From IMG/VR virus record IMGVR_UViG_3300017912_002752: a stretch of DNA of 64,000 bases, one strand, 5' to 3'. The translations under genes and the position numbers were made by a program. The notes under the pieces were generated by a model that was not told where the DNA came from, searched no databases, and was given only the letters and a program-made list of their open reading frames with translations. The stretch is from a virus (taxonomy: Duplodnaviria > Caudoviricetes). Below are positions 47,268 to 57,607 of this stretch, piece by piece; within the stretch, counting starts at the first letter, position 1; each line of letters opens with the position of its first letter.

Positions 47268-47519
47268 TCAATTTTTCCCATGTTTGATTACCCTTAAATT
47301 CTTGATTTTTTCAAGAAATTGTTCAACTGTATAATTTTTGTTTTGTTCGTCTTTTATTTTGACTTCTGTAAGTGTATCAGGATATTTTTCTACCAATCTT
47401 TCAAGAATTCCAAACCCTTCTTCTGTCCAAAAATTTTTGAAAGAAACCTCACCTAAGATGTTTGTTGTAAAGTCTGCATCTTCTTCTGAATCGTCTGGTA
47501 GTAATATAAAGTATCTCAT
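47268..47519 (-). CDS. Hypothetical protein
   Basis: ORF track. Confidence 0.6.
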   Translation of the reverse strand: MRYFILLPDDSEEDADFTTNILGEVSFKNFWTEEGFGILERLVEKYPDTLTEVKIKDEQNKNYTVEQFLEKIKNLRVIKHGKN

Positions 47520-48703
47520 AGATTTATTAAACTTTTTTCATAGTGTTTTATTCGATTAACCTTTATATTAAATATGTCTAACTCAAACGAACCGACTTCT
47601 AAATCGTTCCCGTCAAAGATTTCTGACCACTTTTGGATGTAGGAATATGAGTTGTTTGTAAGTCTATTTGCATCAAAACTTATTTCGATATCAGAGTCTT
47701 CGTGGACATTTATTTTTTCTCTTAAATCAAAATTAGTATTTGGTTGTTCCAATTTTATGTAACTATCAATTGCGTCTTCATCAATATCAATTGTAATTCT
47801 ATCACACCATGGTTCTAAAATGTTTAGTATTTGGGAATTACCATTTTCTACATTGAACTCAATATCATATTTATGTGGAACTTCAGGCAACATTAAATTA
47901 TCATGTTTTACAAAATGTCCCCATTTTCTAATAAAATTCCTTGTTGACCTCATGTTTTGTTTCAACCACTCATCTGACTCTTTACCCACTTCAGTTAATG
48001 TTGGATTATATCTTGAACCTCTACAAGTCATATGATATACACACCCATCCCAAGTCTGAATCAAGTCGTATCCATTCAGTAAGAATCTGTTAAATATGTC
48101 AGAGTCTTCTTTTGATTGTGGTGCATACAATGGGTCGTGTCCACCGATTGATGTAAAATCTTCTTTAAATAAAAACCAAGGTGCAAATATACCTTTAGTT
48201 GTTTTTCCGTGTTTATATCTTTCTTTACCTGAGTTAAACCATTCTAAGAATCCATCTTCATCAAAGTCTTCAGGTTCAGTTTTCCAATCCTTCAACACTT
48301 TTTCAGGCCCATCGGGGTGAAGTGGTGGTTCAATTCTTGTCAATGAAATAACACTTAATGGTTTAATATGTTCTAATACAGATTCTAATGCGTTTGGACA
48401 TAGATACATATCAGCATGATAGATTCCTACAATCGGAGTAGTTGCAACTTCATTTATCAATCTATCATACAGAATAGTATGTCCCAATCTTGTTGGTCCT
48501 TCATTTCTAATAGCTTTGAAGTTTGGGTCTTCTTTCATTCTATCTTGACACCACTCCCAAGTTCCATCAGAACTGAAATCATCTGCTACACATATTGTTG
48601 GGTCAGGTCCACCATTTTTTCTGATTGACTCGTATGACCATTTTAAATACTTCAAGTTATCTCTTGAAGGCTGGATAAAACTAATATCTTTTTTACTTAA
48701 CAT
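47516..48703 (-). CDS. Glycosyltransferase family 2
   Basis: VADDFSSDGT, YHADM, IGGHDP, EDSD, VYHMTCRG. Confidence 0.85.
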   Translation of the reverse strand: MLSKKDISFIQPSRDNLKYLKWSYESIRKNGGPDPTICVADDFSSDGTWEWCQDRMKEDPNFKAIRNEGPTRLGHTILYDRLINEVATTPIVGIYHADMYLCPNALESVLEHIKPLSVISLTRIEPPLHPDGPEKVLKDWKTEPEDFDEDGFLEWFNSGKERYKHGKTTKGIFAPWFLFKEDFTSIGGHDPLYAPQSKEDSDIFNRFLLNGYDLIQTWDGCVYHMTCRGSRYNPTLTEVGKESDEWLKQNMRSTRNFIRKWGHFVKHDNLMLPEVPHKYDIEFNVENGNSQILNILEPWCDRITIDIDEDAIDSYIKLEQPNTNFDLREKINVHEDSDIEISFDANRLTNNSYSYIQKWSEIFDGNDLEVGSFELDIFNIKVNRIKHYEKSLINL

Positions 48704-49514
48704 AATTTTTTACCTTTTTAATTAAATCATCGTAGGTTTGTACATGATATATTTTTTGACCTGATAGTTTAGGGAAGAATCTTTCATATGAGTTATGCTT
48801 TACTTCATACCCTTTTATTCCATATATAATATTTTGTCCACCAAAGTATGATGCCAATGCTGAGTTACCACCTTGTGTTGATATATGATAATCACAATTA
48901 CTCAAAACTGCCATTTGTGTTGTATTGTAATCTAACTTGTAATCTTTTTGGAAGTCTTGCATCAATGGAATCCCCATTTGATTTGCCAAGTTCCAATCAC
49001 CCCATACTCGTTGTGGACTTCCATCATTCGTAATATCAGTTGAGGATGGTCTATTATATACAACTTGAAATTTATCTTTACACAACTCAAATATTATTTG
49101 TAATGATTCTAAATCAATGTAATTTATAGGATGGTTGCCCCATTCTGTTTGAAACTTATTTGAGATTACCAATAATGGTTTCTCTAAAAACATTTCATAC
49201 TTTGATTGATAATAATCTTTTAGATTTGGCGGTGACCATTTATCTTCCCACATTAGTTTATCACCAACGACAGGTTTTGAAAAAACACCTGCCACATGAT
49301 TATGTGGTTTGTAATAAGATTCACCATCGATGTCTACTCTTAAAAATGGTTCTCGTGAGTTGTATATTTCATTTACTTTTATATTCGGATAAAGTAACTT
49401 TGCACCAACTGCACCATTCACTACAATATCGTGACCTTGCTCTTTATACCAATTGACTAAAGGTAGTGCGGTAAATAACTCGTAACCAAATTCACCATTA
49501 ATATCGAATGTCAT
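48693..49514 (-). CDS. Putative GT-B glycosyltransferase
   Basis: GEFGYEL, NKFQTEW, ISTQGGNSALASYFG; cluster context. Confidence 0.55.
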   Translation of the reverse strand: MTFDINGEFGYELFTALPLVNWYKEQGHDIVVNGAVGAKLLYPNIKVNEIYNSREPFLRVDIDGESYYKPHNHVAGVFSKPVVGDKLMWEDKWSPPNLKDYYQSKYEMFLEKPLLVISNKFQTEWGNHPINYIDLESLQIIFELCKDKFQVVYNRPSSTDITNDGSPQRVWGDWNLANQMGIPLMQDFQKDYKLDYNTTQMAVLSNCDYHISTQGGNSALASYFGGQNIIYGIKGYEVKHNSYERFFPKLSGQKIYHVQTYDDLIKKVKNYVK

Positions 49515-50401
49515 TATAAATCCAATTTTAATTGTTTACCTTTATAAAGAGATTTTATGTAATCTTCTAATCTATCTTTTGGTTCCCAGTTAAGGAACTC
49601 TATTGCTTCATCAGACTCTCTGATTGTCTCTCTGTAATTACCATGTTGGTCTGGAATATATACTTTGGTTGCACCACCATACTTTACAAACATATCAGCA
49701 ACTTCATTGATTGAGTAATTCATACCTGTACCGAGTTCCCATGCATCAAATGTTGGTTTAACATCATGTCCATTCAATCTTAGTAATGCGTCAACAATAT
49801 CGTATACATGAGTAAAGTCTCTTCTTTGTTCACCATCACCAACGATTGTTATTGGTTCACCATTTTGAACTTGTCTTCTCCATATACCAATCACTGCGGC
49901 CCAATCACCTTCGATAACTTCATGTGGTCCATAAACATTATAGAATCTACAAATCTCAATATCCATATTGTAAGTTCTTTTATATAACTTACACAATTCT
50001 TCACCAAGATATTTACAAGCCGCATATGGTGATTGATATGGGTCGTGGTGTTTTGAAGATGAACCTGCGTAAATTACTTTTAAATCTTTTTTTCGTGCCC
50101 ACTCAAGAACTCTTTGAGTACCTATTGTGTTTACATTAAAGGTTTCTGATGGATTTTCGAAAGATGGCTGGATTCTTGATAGTCCAGCCAAGTGATAAAC
50201 TAAATCAAAACTATTGTCCATTCCAAAATAATAGTTTACATACTCAACCGTACCCTCAACATAATGACACCCATTCACATGATTTTTTTCTGTACCTGTT
50301 GAGTAATCATCAAGAGATACTACTTCGTGTCCGTTTGTAACTAATCTTTTAATTAAATTTGTACCGACAAATCCGGCACCGCCTGTAACTAATATTTTCA
50401 T
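49514..50401 (-). CDS. NAD-dependent sugar epimerase/dehydratase
   Basis: GGAGFVG, YAACK (YxxxK), RFYNVYGP, GDGEQRRDF. Confidence 0.92.
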   Translation of the reverse strand: MKILVTGGAGFVGTNLIKRLVTNGHEVVSLDDYSTGTEKNHVNGCHYVEGTVEYVNYYFGMDNSFDLVYHLAGLSRIQPSFENPSETFNVNTIGTQRVLEWARKKDLKVIYAGSSSKHHDPYQSPYAACKYLGEELCKLYKRTYNMDIEICRFYNVYGPHEVIEGDWAAVIGIWRRQVQNGEPITIVGDGEQRRDFTHVYDIVDALLRLNGHDVKPTFDAWELGTGMNYSINEVADMFVKYGGATKVYIPDQHGNYRETIRESDEAIEFLNWEPKDRLEDYIKSLYKGKQLKLDL

Positions 50402-51294
50402 AATAATGGTATTCTATTTGGATTATCTGTTCCCTCTATTGGTTTTACAAAAGTTTGGTCATCGTGTTCAGGCAATCTACCCCACTTGTTGATAAACTTT
50501 CTTGCGTTATTTGATTCTGATTCTTGTTGTCTTTTTGATTTAGAATTTAATTTATCTTTTGCCTCATCTCTAAAATGAGAACCTCTTGCTGAAAAATGAT
50601 ATACAACTGACTTGGATGACATAACAAATTTATATCCTTCTAATTGCATTCTAATAAATAAATCCATGTCATCGTATGATGCGGGTGCGAATAGTGGGTC
50701 GTTACCACCAATCCAAACATAGTCTTCTTTTTTACAAAAGAATCCTGCACCACCACCTTTTCTTACACGAGTCTCTGGCATATCTGATAATTTTTGTGAC
50801 CAATCATCAAACCACTCTTTATCAAAGTTATGATGGAATTCTCCAAACTCATCAGTTGATACAAATACAGTACCAGGTCGGTAATCAGGGTCATTAGGAA
50901 ATATTTTAGGTTGGATTCTAAATGAAGATGCGATTATTCTGTCAATACCATCACCCTCTTCGACAATCTTTTGTAACTCTATATCTTGATTTGGTGCAAT
51001 CCACATATCAGAATGAATTATGTTTACATACTCGGTTTCTGATTTGTCAACACAAAAGTCCATACCACCACCAATTCCTCTTGGTATATCGTTATGTTCT
51101 ATAAAACCTTTTAGATTCTTGTCCTCTTGCATTTGGTTAAGTAACCACTCGTCTGTACCATCGGTACAATTCTCTGCGTGAATCACAATCGGTTGGTCTT
51201 TGTAATATGCATTCTTTCTTACTGATTCGTAAGCAAGTTTTACATAATCAAGATTATTATTTGTCGATATACAAGTTGTTATTGGACTTTCCAT
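50398..51294 (-). CDS. Glycosyltransferase family 2
   Basis: CTDGT, IHSDM, IGGNDP, DDMD, VYHFSARG. Confidence 0.85.
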   Translation of the reverse strand: MESPITTCISTNNNLDYVKLAYESVRKNAYYKDQPIVIHAENCTDGTDEWLLNQMQEDKNLKGFIEHNDIPRGIGGGMDFCVDKSETEYVNIIHSDMWIAPNQDIELQKIVEEGDGIDRIIASSFRIQPKIFPNDPDYRPGTVFVSTDEFGEFHHNFDKEWFDDWSQKLSDMPETRVRKGGGAGFFCKKEDYVWIGGNDPLFAPASYDDMDLFIRMQLEGYKFVMSSKSVVYHFSARGSHFRDEAKDKLNSKSKRQQESESNNARKFINKWGRLPEHDDQTFVKPIEGTDNPNRIPLL

Positions 51295-52229
51295 ACATCT
51301 TTCCATTTATATGTTTTCGTTTGTTTCATAAAGTTGTAAGCATTGTATTTAGAATACTCACTTGCTTTAGGATACCAATCGGTTGACTTTCTTTGTTCAT
51401 TTATATCTTTTCCATCCTCACCAACAACATATTTTCTTTTTCTTGGATGTTCTCTATTATGTACTAATAAAATATTCTTTACAATATACAAAGGAATTTG
51501 GTTATTTCCAAATATTGTTAACATTTTATTCATAAAAGCAGTATCTTCGTGAGTGAAGAATACTGATTTAGGTATGTTTACACCACTTCTAATGATTTCA
51601 GATGAGATTACTAAACCACATCCGTTAAATTTGTAGTTGTATGTAGATTCTATATGTGGTGATTCAACATCTGAATTTATCTCTTCCATTTTATCATAAT
51701 CCATATAACATCTTGTTCCATACCATGCGTGTGCGTCTCTTGGTAAATCAGTTAGTTTTGGATGTTCTAATGGTTTCCATGAATCATCCCACATTTTACA
51801 AGTTGAAAAAAATCCAACCCACTTTGGTGTTTGGTCTTTAACTGCTTCATGTAATGATAATATTGTTTCCATCGCTTGTGATGGTACTAACATATCAGAT
51901 TCACCCCAAAACAATACATCTACAAGTTCACAATACTTTTCGTTAAAATCTCTTCTATAATCTGCGATAGTATATAACTCATCTTTTGTTGAGTATGTGA
52001 TATCGTAACCTTTAAGTTTATATTGATTACAAACTCTGACATACTTTTCCATAATGTATGTCAACATATCGACTTCTTCAGAAATCTTTTCTAAGTCTTG
52101 ATTTGTGACTAAACACATATCAATCTTGACCTTATCTTTTTGATTACCAATTGATTTAATTAAAGAATCTAAATATTCCTCAAACATATCAATCTCATAC
52201 CATTGTACTAAACAACCTGCCGCTATCAT
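51279..52229 (-). CDS. Putative GT-A glycosyltransferase
   Basis: WGESD, HEDT, LVHNR motifs; cluster context. Confidence 0.6.
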   Translation of the reverse strand: MIAAGCLVQWYEIDMFEEYLDSLIKSIGNQKDKVKIDMCLVTNQDLEKISEEVDMLTYIMEKYVRVCNQYKLKGYDITYSTKDELYTIADYRRDFNEKYCELVDVLFWGESDMLVPSQAMETILSLHEAVKDQTPKWVGFFSTCKMWDDSWKPLEHPKLTDLPRDAHAWYGTRCYMDYDKMEEINSDVESPHIESTYNYKFNGCGLVISSEIIRSGVNIPKSVFFTHEDTAFMNKMLTIFGNNQIPLYIVKNILLVHNREHPRKRKYVVGEDGKDINEQRKSTDWYPKASEYSKYNAYNFMKQTKTYKWKDVWKVQ

Positions 52230-53047
52230 AGTTCTATTCTTGGGATACCTTCATAACCAGGATTGGTATCTGAGACCATTTCCCATTCTACACCTTGTTC
52301 TTTTAACCAATAGTAAATACCTTTAGTTGCTTTTGCAACTGATTTTATTTCTCTTGGCCCCATTGATGTTTTTGCATATACAATCTTTTCGTGTTCGTCA
52401 CCATAGAAGTGTTCTTGAAACACTCTTTGTGTATCATCTTCTGTTCCATTTTCAAATGATGATAAATCACCAATATCCCAACCAACCGTAACAATCTTTT
52501 TACATCCTAAGTAAAGTGCTAATGGTAATGCCATTTCGTACATGATACCAGGTCCCCAAGGTTGATTGAATCCATATTCGGGGTGGTCTAACTTCATAGC
52601 GTCCCAATCCTCTCGTTCTGATAATGAGTGAATCATTTTGTTAGGACCAACTCCACCGCCTGTATTTGGATTATTTCTAAATATAGGAATGAATAAATCT
52701 GATTCTAAATTATTCTCGAAAATCATTTGAGGATGGAATTGTTCAAAGATTGCCCATGTTATGATTGATTTGTTGTCTGACCAATCGTATGGTGCGAAGT
52801 TACAAAAGTTTAGTAAGTGAAAGTCAGTAACATCTTTTACTAAATTATATGATTGTTTGATTGGCATACATAACTTGTCTGCCATAAACTCATTAAGGAA
52901 TTGTTTATCATACTTTTTAAGTGAAGGACCGCCTGCAATTATATATGCAGTTTCATCTTTGTACTGATTCTTTAGTACCTTTAATCTATCTTCAGGTTCT
53001 TCTAATTGTAAAAGCTCTTTTCGTAACTTACTTGTTTGTAATTTCAT
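52226..53047 (-). CDS. DUF115/Maf-like (MptE-like fold) putative ulosonate transferase
   Basis: AYIIAGGPSL, LALYLGCKKIVTVGWD, EHFY. Confidence 0.65.
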   Translation of the reverse strand: MKLQTSKLRKELLQLEEPEDRLKVLKNQYKDETAYIIAGGPSLKKYDKQFLNEFMADKLCMPIKQSYNLVKDVTDFHLLNFCNFAPYDWSDNKSIITWAIFEQFHPQMIFENNLESDLFIPIFRNNPNTGGGVGPNKMIHSLSEREDWDAMKLDHPEYGFNQPWGPGIMYEMALPLALYLGCKKIVTVGWDIGDLSSFENGTEDDTQRVFQEHFYGDEHEKIVYAKTSMGPREIKSVAKATKGIYYWLKEQGVEWEMVSDTNPGYEGIPRIEL

Positions 53048-53429
53048 TGAATTGTTTCAAAGTTTGTTCCCATGATTCAAACCTAATACCTCTATCATCT
53101 ATGTAACAGATTGCTCTTGGTTTTTCACAAGTTATTTCTTTTATATAAGTATCAATCTCATATTTAGTTAACCACTCCCAAATCAACTCTTCACCTGTTT
53201 TACCATTTACAAGTGGTCTATCGGGTTTTACTTTTGCGGTAAATAAAACTATATCGTACCCTTGAGACTTAAACCACTTGATTGCGTCTAAAGAACCCTC
53301 AATAGGTGGGTCATATACAGTTCCATCATGGAATCCTTTTGAATTACCATGGACAACACCATCAAAGTCTATCGCAACTTGATAGTTGTTTTCGTGGTGT
53401 TGCATTTTGTCATATTCATCAATATTCAT
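53028..53429 (-). CDS. HAD-superfamily phosphatase
   Basis: IDFDGVVH, FTAK, KPRAICYIDDRG. Confidence 0.85.
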   Translation of the reverse strand: MNIDEYDKMQHHENNYQVAIDFDGVVHGNSKGFHDGTVYDPPIEGSLDAIKWFKSQGYDIVLFTAKVKPDRPLVNGKTGEELIWEWLTKYEIDTYIKEITCEKPRAICYIDDRGIRFESWEQTLKQFNEITNK

Positions 53430-54116
53430 TTATTTGTTTCTTTTTCTAAATACATCACCATTTCTATATGAATAAGAACCATAGATAAACTTTCTTGGTG
53501 ATTTTGTATTAAATTGTTTAGATACTGAATGATATGAATCAGGCGTTGATAGGAAAAATATTCCTTTGTTTTTCTTTGCCTCAACTGTTTGGTGTACAGG
53601 TAATGCGTTTTCGTTCCATAACCTTTGGTCTAACCTTGTCATACTATCAGATGAATGTATTACAAAGTCACCACCTTCCCAATCTTTATCATTAAAGAAT
53701 ATCAAGAAGTTCCAAATTCTCTTGTCAGTATCTCTATGTATTTCTCTTACATATCCATCTGTCGCTGACGACCAATCTATGTGTAAAAAACAATTGGTTT
53801 TAAGTGAACTATCTTTAGATATTACACTATTCCATTTTTTTAAATCGTCATTATAATAGTCTACAAAACTATGAAATACAGAATCGTCATTCAGATAGTT
53901 ATAAAACTTTTTCCAAGTTGGTGCAGTTTCTAACCATTCATTGAACTTAGGACTTCCTGAGTTCATTTTTTTTCTACCACCCATTACTGTTCCTTCTGAA
54001 GATACATCAGGGAACTCTTGTATAAGATTCTCAAGTGTTTCTTCATCAAAACAATTTTCTACTTCTATAATAGGAAACGGGTAGTCCGTTGAATTTCCTT
54101 CACTAAAATTTATCAT
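53430..54116 (-). CDS. 2OG-Fe(II) oxygenase
   Basis: PFP, IHRD, GGDF, SYHSV, RKFIY. Confidence 0.8.
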   Translation of the reverse strand: MINFSEGNSTDYPFPIIEVENCFDEETLENLIQEFPDVSSEGTVMGGRKKMNSGSPKFNEWLETAPTWKKFYNYLNDDSVFHSFVDYYNDDLKKWNSVISKDSSLKTNCFLHIDWSSATDGYVREIHRDTDKRIWNFLIFFNDKDWEGGDFVIHSSDSMTRLDQRLWNENALPVHQTVEAKKNKGIFFLSTPDSYHSVSKQFNTKSPRKFIYGSYSYRNGDVFRKRNK

Positions 54117-54126
54117 ATCTTTCTTT

Positions 54127-54819
54127 CTATTTTATGTTTTCGTACTCTAATATCTTGACATTCAGTCCTTTAAGTACTTCCATTTCTTTATTATAATTAT
54201 GCACCCTACGACCTTCCCTATCAAGTCTTGATGTAGGGTCTTCTAAATCATAGTAATGATATCTTCCTTTTTTATTTGGAATATTTTCAGTATAAAATGT
54301 ATTACCAAAACTCCAAACCTCATCGTATTTATCACAGGCAATCTTGACTAATTGTAATCCTATACAATTTGAGTCAGTACCAAATACATTCGTTACTTTT
54401 GTCATATCAATATTTTGAAGAAGTCTTAAGTATCCTAATTTTGCATTTGTTTCAACTTTGAACTTATCAAATATATCGTGACCCAATTTTTCTAATTCTC
54501 GTAATTCTTTATTCACTTTTTCTTTTGTCCAAGGTGTATGCCATATTGGTCCTGGAGGTCCTGCCGTTCTAATCCAATACTCATTAACATCATGAACACC
54601 ACTATCTAATTTATGTGTTTCTAATTGACCTGATACTGCGTCTATAAACTCAGGCGAATGTCTGAATGACCACACATCAGTTTTTGTTCCAACATATTTT
54701 TCAAATCCCTCAATCCGATACCAGTTACATCTGATAACAACATCAAAGTATTCGTCTATGAATTTACCATATTCATATTCAAGAACCGAAGGTGAATTAC
54801 CAATTACGATTGCTTTCAT
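54127..54819 (-). CDS. Glycosyltransferase family 29 (sialyltransferase-like)
   Basis: Sialylmotif-L-like AIVIGNSPSVL..EYGKFID..DVVIRCN....FEKYVGTKTD; HYY and H..KE C-terminal motifs. Confidence 0.75.
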   Translation of the reverse strand: MKAIVIGNSPSVLEYEYGKFIDEYFDVVIRCNWYRIEGFEKYVGTKTDVWSFRHSPEFIDAVSGQLETHKLDSGVHDVNEYWIRTAGPPGPIWHTPWTKEKVNKELRELEKLGHDIFDKFKVETNAKLGYLRLLQNIDMTKVTNVFGTDSNCIGLQLVKIACDKYDEVWSFGNTFYTENIPNKKGRYHYYDLEDPTSRLDREGRRVHNYNKEMEVLKGLNVKILEYENIK

Positions 54820-55211
54820 TAATCGTATTTTTGATATATTTTTTCTTCAAAAAATTCTGAGTTTAACAAGTGATTAATTTCTTTCTTTTCAGCTGCTCTT
54901 CTATCATTTGTATAATAAACTGCTCTTGCCAACTCAATAAACTCTTCGTCAAATTTATCATCTTTTTCTTTTAATCTAACTGAATCTTCGATGACCCACA
55001 TTTGACCATTAGTCTTTTTAAGTCTATCATAGATTTCTTTTAGTTCTTCACCACCTGCGTTCCAAAATGGTTGTAACTTATCTTGTAAGTAATTAAGTTC
55101 ATTTTGTATATTTTGTTTTTGAACTTCATCTTTTACATTTTCAAGTTTTATTTCAAGGATTGATAACTTATCGAATGCGTCACCAATCGGTGTTTTAATT
55201 TCTATCGCCAT
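54819..55211 (-). CDS. DUF6165-like protein
   Basis: GDAFDKLSILEIK...WVIED..R...FIELARAVYYTNDRRA. Confidence 0.75.
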   Translation of the reverse strand: MAIEIKTPIGDAFDKLSILEIKLENVKDEVQKQNIQNELNYLQDKLQPFWNAGGEELKEIYDRLKKTNGQMWVIEDSVRLKEKDDKFDEEFIELARAVYYTNDRRAAEKKEINHLLNSEFFEEKIYQKYD

Positions 55212-56130
55212 ATTTTAACATTTTATTTATTCCGTCTTCTAAACATACAAAATCTTCATAACCTATGCAACTTTTTAACTTAGAAAGTGATGGTTTTCTC
55301 CATTTTGTATCATTAGACCACGCTGGTTTATACTCTACTTTAAATTCTTTATCCATTATTTGATGTATAACCATCGCCAAATCATGAATAGTAATCTCTT
55401 CATCAAATCCAACATTTACTATTTCGTCAGATGTATGTCTAATTAACTCAGTAACGATATTAGCATGGTCTGTAACATAACAAAAAGACCTTGTTTGATT
55501 TCCATCACCATACAAGTAAAAGTCCTCATCTGATTTGATTCTTTCAATAAACTCAGGAATCACCTGACCATATCCACCTGTTGCCATTCTTGGACCATAA
55601 GTGTTGAAAGGTCTAACTATCAAATATTCTTTTCTTTTTTCATCTGCCCACAATCTTACTAAGAACTCACCCATACCTTTTGAAGATGCATAAGAATCTC
55701 TATTTGCAGATGGGTGTAGAATCATAGGTTCTGTTTCTTTGGTTGGAACAATTGGCGCTGGTCCATAAATCTCAGATGAAGATGCGTATACTACTTTTAT
55801 TACTGAAGGTGTACATGCGTTCAATACATTCTGAGTCATTAAGATATTATGATTACAGACTTTAAATGGAATATCATAAAAATATCTTGTTCCATTTATT
55901 GCTGCGTAGTGAACAACTATGTCGAACTGATGTTCTAACATAAATTCTTTTATTGGTTCACTATAAACTAAGTCTAGCTCTTTGAATGTAAAATTTTCAT
56001 GAGTTGGTAAATTACTTACCTTTCCTCTAAAAAAGTTATCTACTCCAACAACTTTGTGACCATCATCTAATAATGAATCACAAAGATGTGAACCCAAAAA
56101 TCCTGCTGCACCTGTAACTAATATCTTCAT
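55195..56130 (-). CDS. NAD-dependent epimerase / UDP-glucuronate decarboxylase-like
   Basis: GAAGFLGSHL, ASSSEIYG, YASSK, RPFNTYGPRM, QTRSFCYV. Confidence 0.88.
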   Translation of the reverse strand: MKILVTGAAGFLGSHLCDSLLDDGHKVVGVDNFFRGKVSNLPTHENFTFKELDLVYSEPIKEFMLEHQFDIVVHYAAINGTRYFYDIPFKVCNHNILMTQNVLNACTPSVIKVVYASSSEIYGPAPIVPTKETEPMILHPSANRDSYASSKGMGEFLVRLWADEKRKEYLIVRPFNTYGPRMATGGYGQVIPEFIERIKSDEDFYLYGDGNQTRSFCYVTDHANIVTELIRHTSDEIVNVGFDEEITIHDLAMVIHQIMDKEFKVEYKPAWSNDTKWRKPSLSKLKSCIGYEDFVCLEDGINKMLKYGDRN

Positions 56131-56933
56131 TAAATATCGTATCTCATTCCTGGTGGTACTTTTTTCACGAACTTATCATTTTCTTCATCAATAAATCTGA
56201 AAATATCCACATCAATTTTATATTTGTCACATAATACTTTCATAGCTTTAGTATCTTTAGGAAGACACATTCCACCATAACCACCAAAGTCTTTATTTAC
56301 ATTTAAGTAGTGACCTTCACCAACTCCGTGAAATAAAAATGCGTCCTTGATTGCATCATAGTTTGCACCAAAGTGTTTAGCTACTTTGTAAAAAGAGTTT
56401 GCAAATGTGATTCTCATTGCCTTGTAGGTATTAGAGAAGTACTTCATCAACTCTGCGTCAATTATTTTTACTTTTACCTTGTGCATTGGTAATCTACCAT
56501 GACTCTTTACAATCAAATCATAGTTTTCATCACTATCAGTACCAACAACTAAAATGTTATTATTGTATACAAAGTCTTCGTATGCACATCTTTCTCTTAA
56601 GAACTCAGGTACAAAACACATATTCAGATTTGGATATTCTCTTCTTAATCTATTTGTTGTACCAGGTTCTATTGTACTTTTTAATGCTACAAGACCCTTG
56701 TAATTAAAACTACTAAGTTGATTTATTACACTATTAACCGCAGTTAAATCACATTCATCATTTGGACCTGTTGGAGTTCCAACTGTAATAAAAACTATTT
56801 CTGTATCTAAAGTGTCTTCAATCTTAGTTTCTGGCATCTTGATATCATAACCAACGACATCATGTCCCAAGTATTCAAATCCTTTAGATATTGCAGAGCC
56901 GACTGCTCCGATTCCGATTACTCCTAATTTCAT
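56130..56933 (-). CDS. ugd: UDP-glucose/GDP-mannose 6-dehydrogenase family (short phage form)
   Basis: GIGAVG, VGTP, KSTIEPG, PEFLRE, KYFSN, GYGGMCLPKD. Confidence 0.88.
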   Translation of the reverse strand: MKLGVIGIGAVGSAISKGFEYLGHDVVGYDIKMPETKIEDTLDTEIVFITVGTPTGPNDECDLTAVNSVINQLSSFNYKGLVALKSTIEPGTTNRLRREYPNLNMCFVPEFLRERCAYEDFVYNNNILVVGTDSDENYDLIVKSHGRLPMHKVKVKIIDAELMKYFSNTYKAMRITFANSFYKVAKHFGANYDAIKDAFLFHGVGEGHYLNVNKDFGGYGGMCLPKDTKAMKVLCDKYKIDVDIFRFIDEENDKFVKKVPPGMRYDI

Positions 56934-57607
56934 TTTTTCCATATATAATTCCAATTGTTTTTATGCCATTTTCCGGCTTTTATATTCTCTATGATTTCAT
57001 AGTGTTCCATCCGTGGGTCAAAGTAATGTGGTTTACAATACAAGTGACCATACAGAGGTACTGACCCATCTGTTACTGAGTCTGCAAGATTCATGAAACT
57101 TCCCTCGTAAACATGAATTTCTTTTGCTTTTTGCATTATTGTTGTGTAGTCTAATATATGCCCATGCCTTCCATCAACATTGATTACAGGTAAATCTTTA
57201 TTTTCAAAGTGACTTCTGTCAATAGGATACATATGTCTACTTGAATTGTCTGATTGTCTTTCATGGATTATGATATAATCTTTTCCATGTTTGTCGACTA
57301 TTTCATTATACAACTTATTTTCTTCGTTTAAATCTCTGTTCCAAGTTAAATTTCGCCAAGAACTTGTATGTTCTACACTATCTTTGAATACAATTCTTTT
57401 TGACCTTTCTCTTGTATAAATTGGTGACTTTTTACCTAAAACTATATTATCAACATCATTATATAATTTTACATTTAACCAATTTAAGGCAGGAACATCT
57501 AAATAGACCATATCATATTCTTTACAATAGTGCTCCTTTATAACTGATGAGAACATTAACCCATCACCTACTCCACGCTTATGCCAAATATCAGCTATCT
57601 TTTTCAT
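56930..57607 (-). CDS. Putative GT-B glycosyltransferase
   Basis: HKRGVGD, AKEIHVYEGSF; cluster context. Confidence 0.55.
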   Translation of the reverse strand: MKKIADIWHKRGVGDGLMFSSVIKEHYCKEYDMVYLDVPALNWLNVKLYNDVDNIVLGKKSPIYTRERSKRIVFKDSVEHTSSWRNLTWNRDLNEENKLYNEIVDKHGKDYIIIHERQSDNSSRHMYPIDRSHFENKDLPVINVDGRHGHILDYTTIMQKAKEIHVYEGSFMNLADSVTDGSVPLYGHLYCKPHYFDPRMEHYEIIENIKAGKWHKNNWNYIWKK

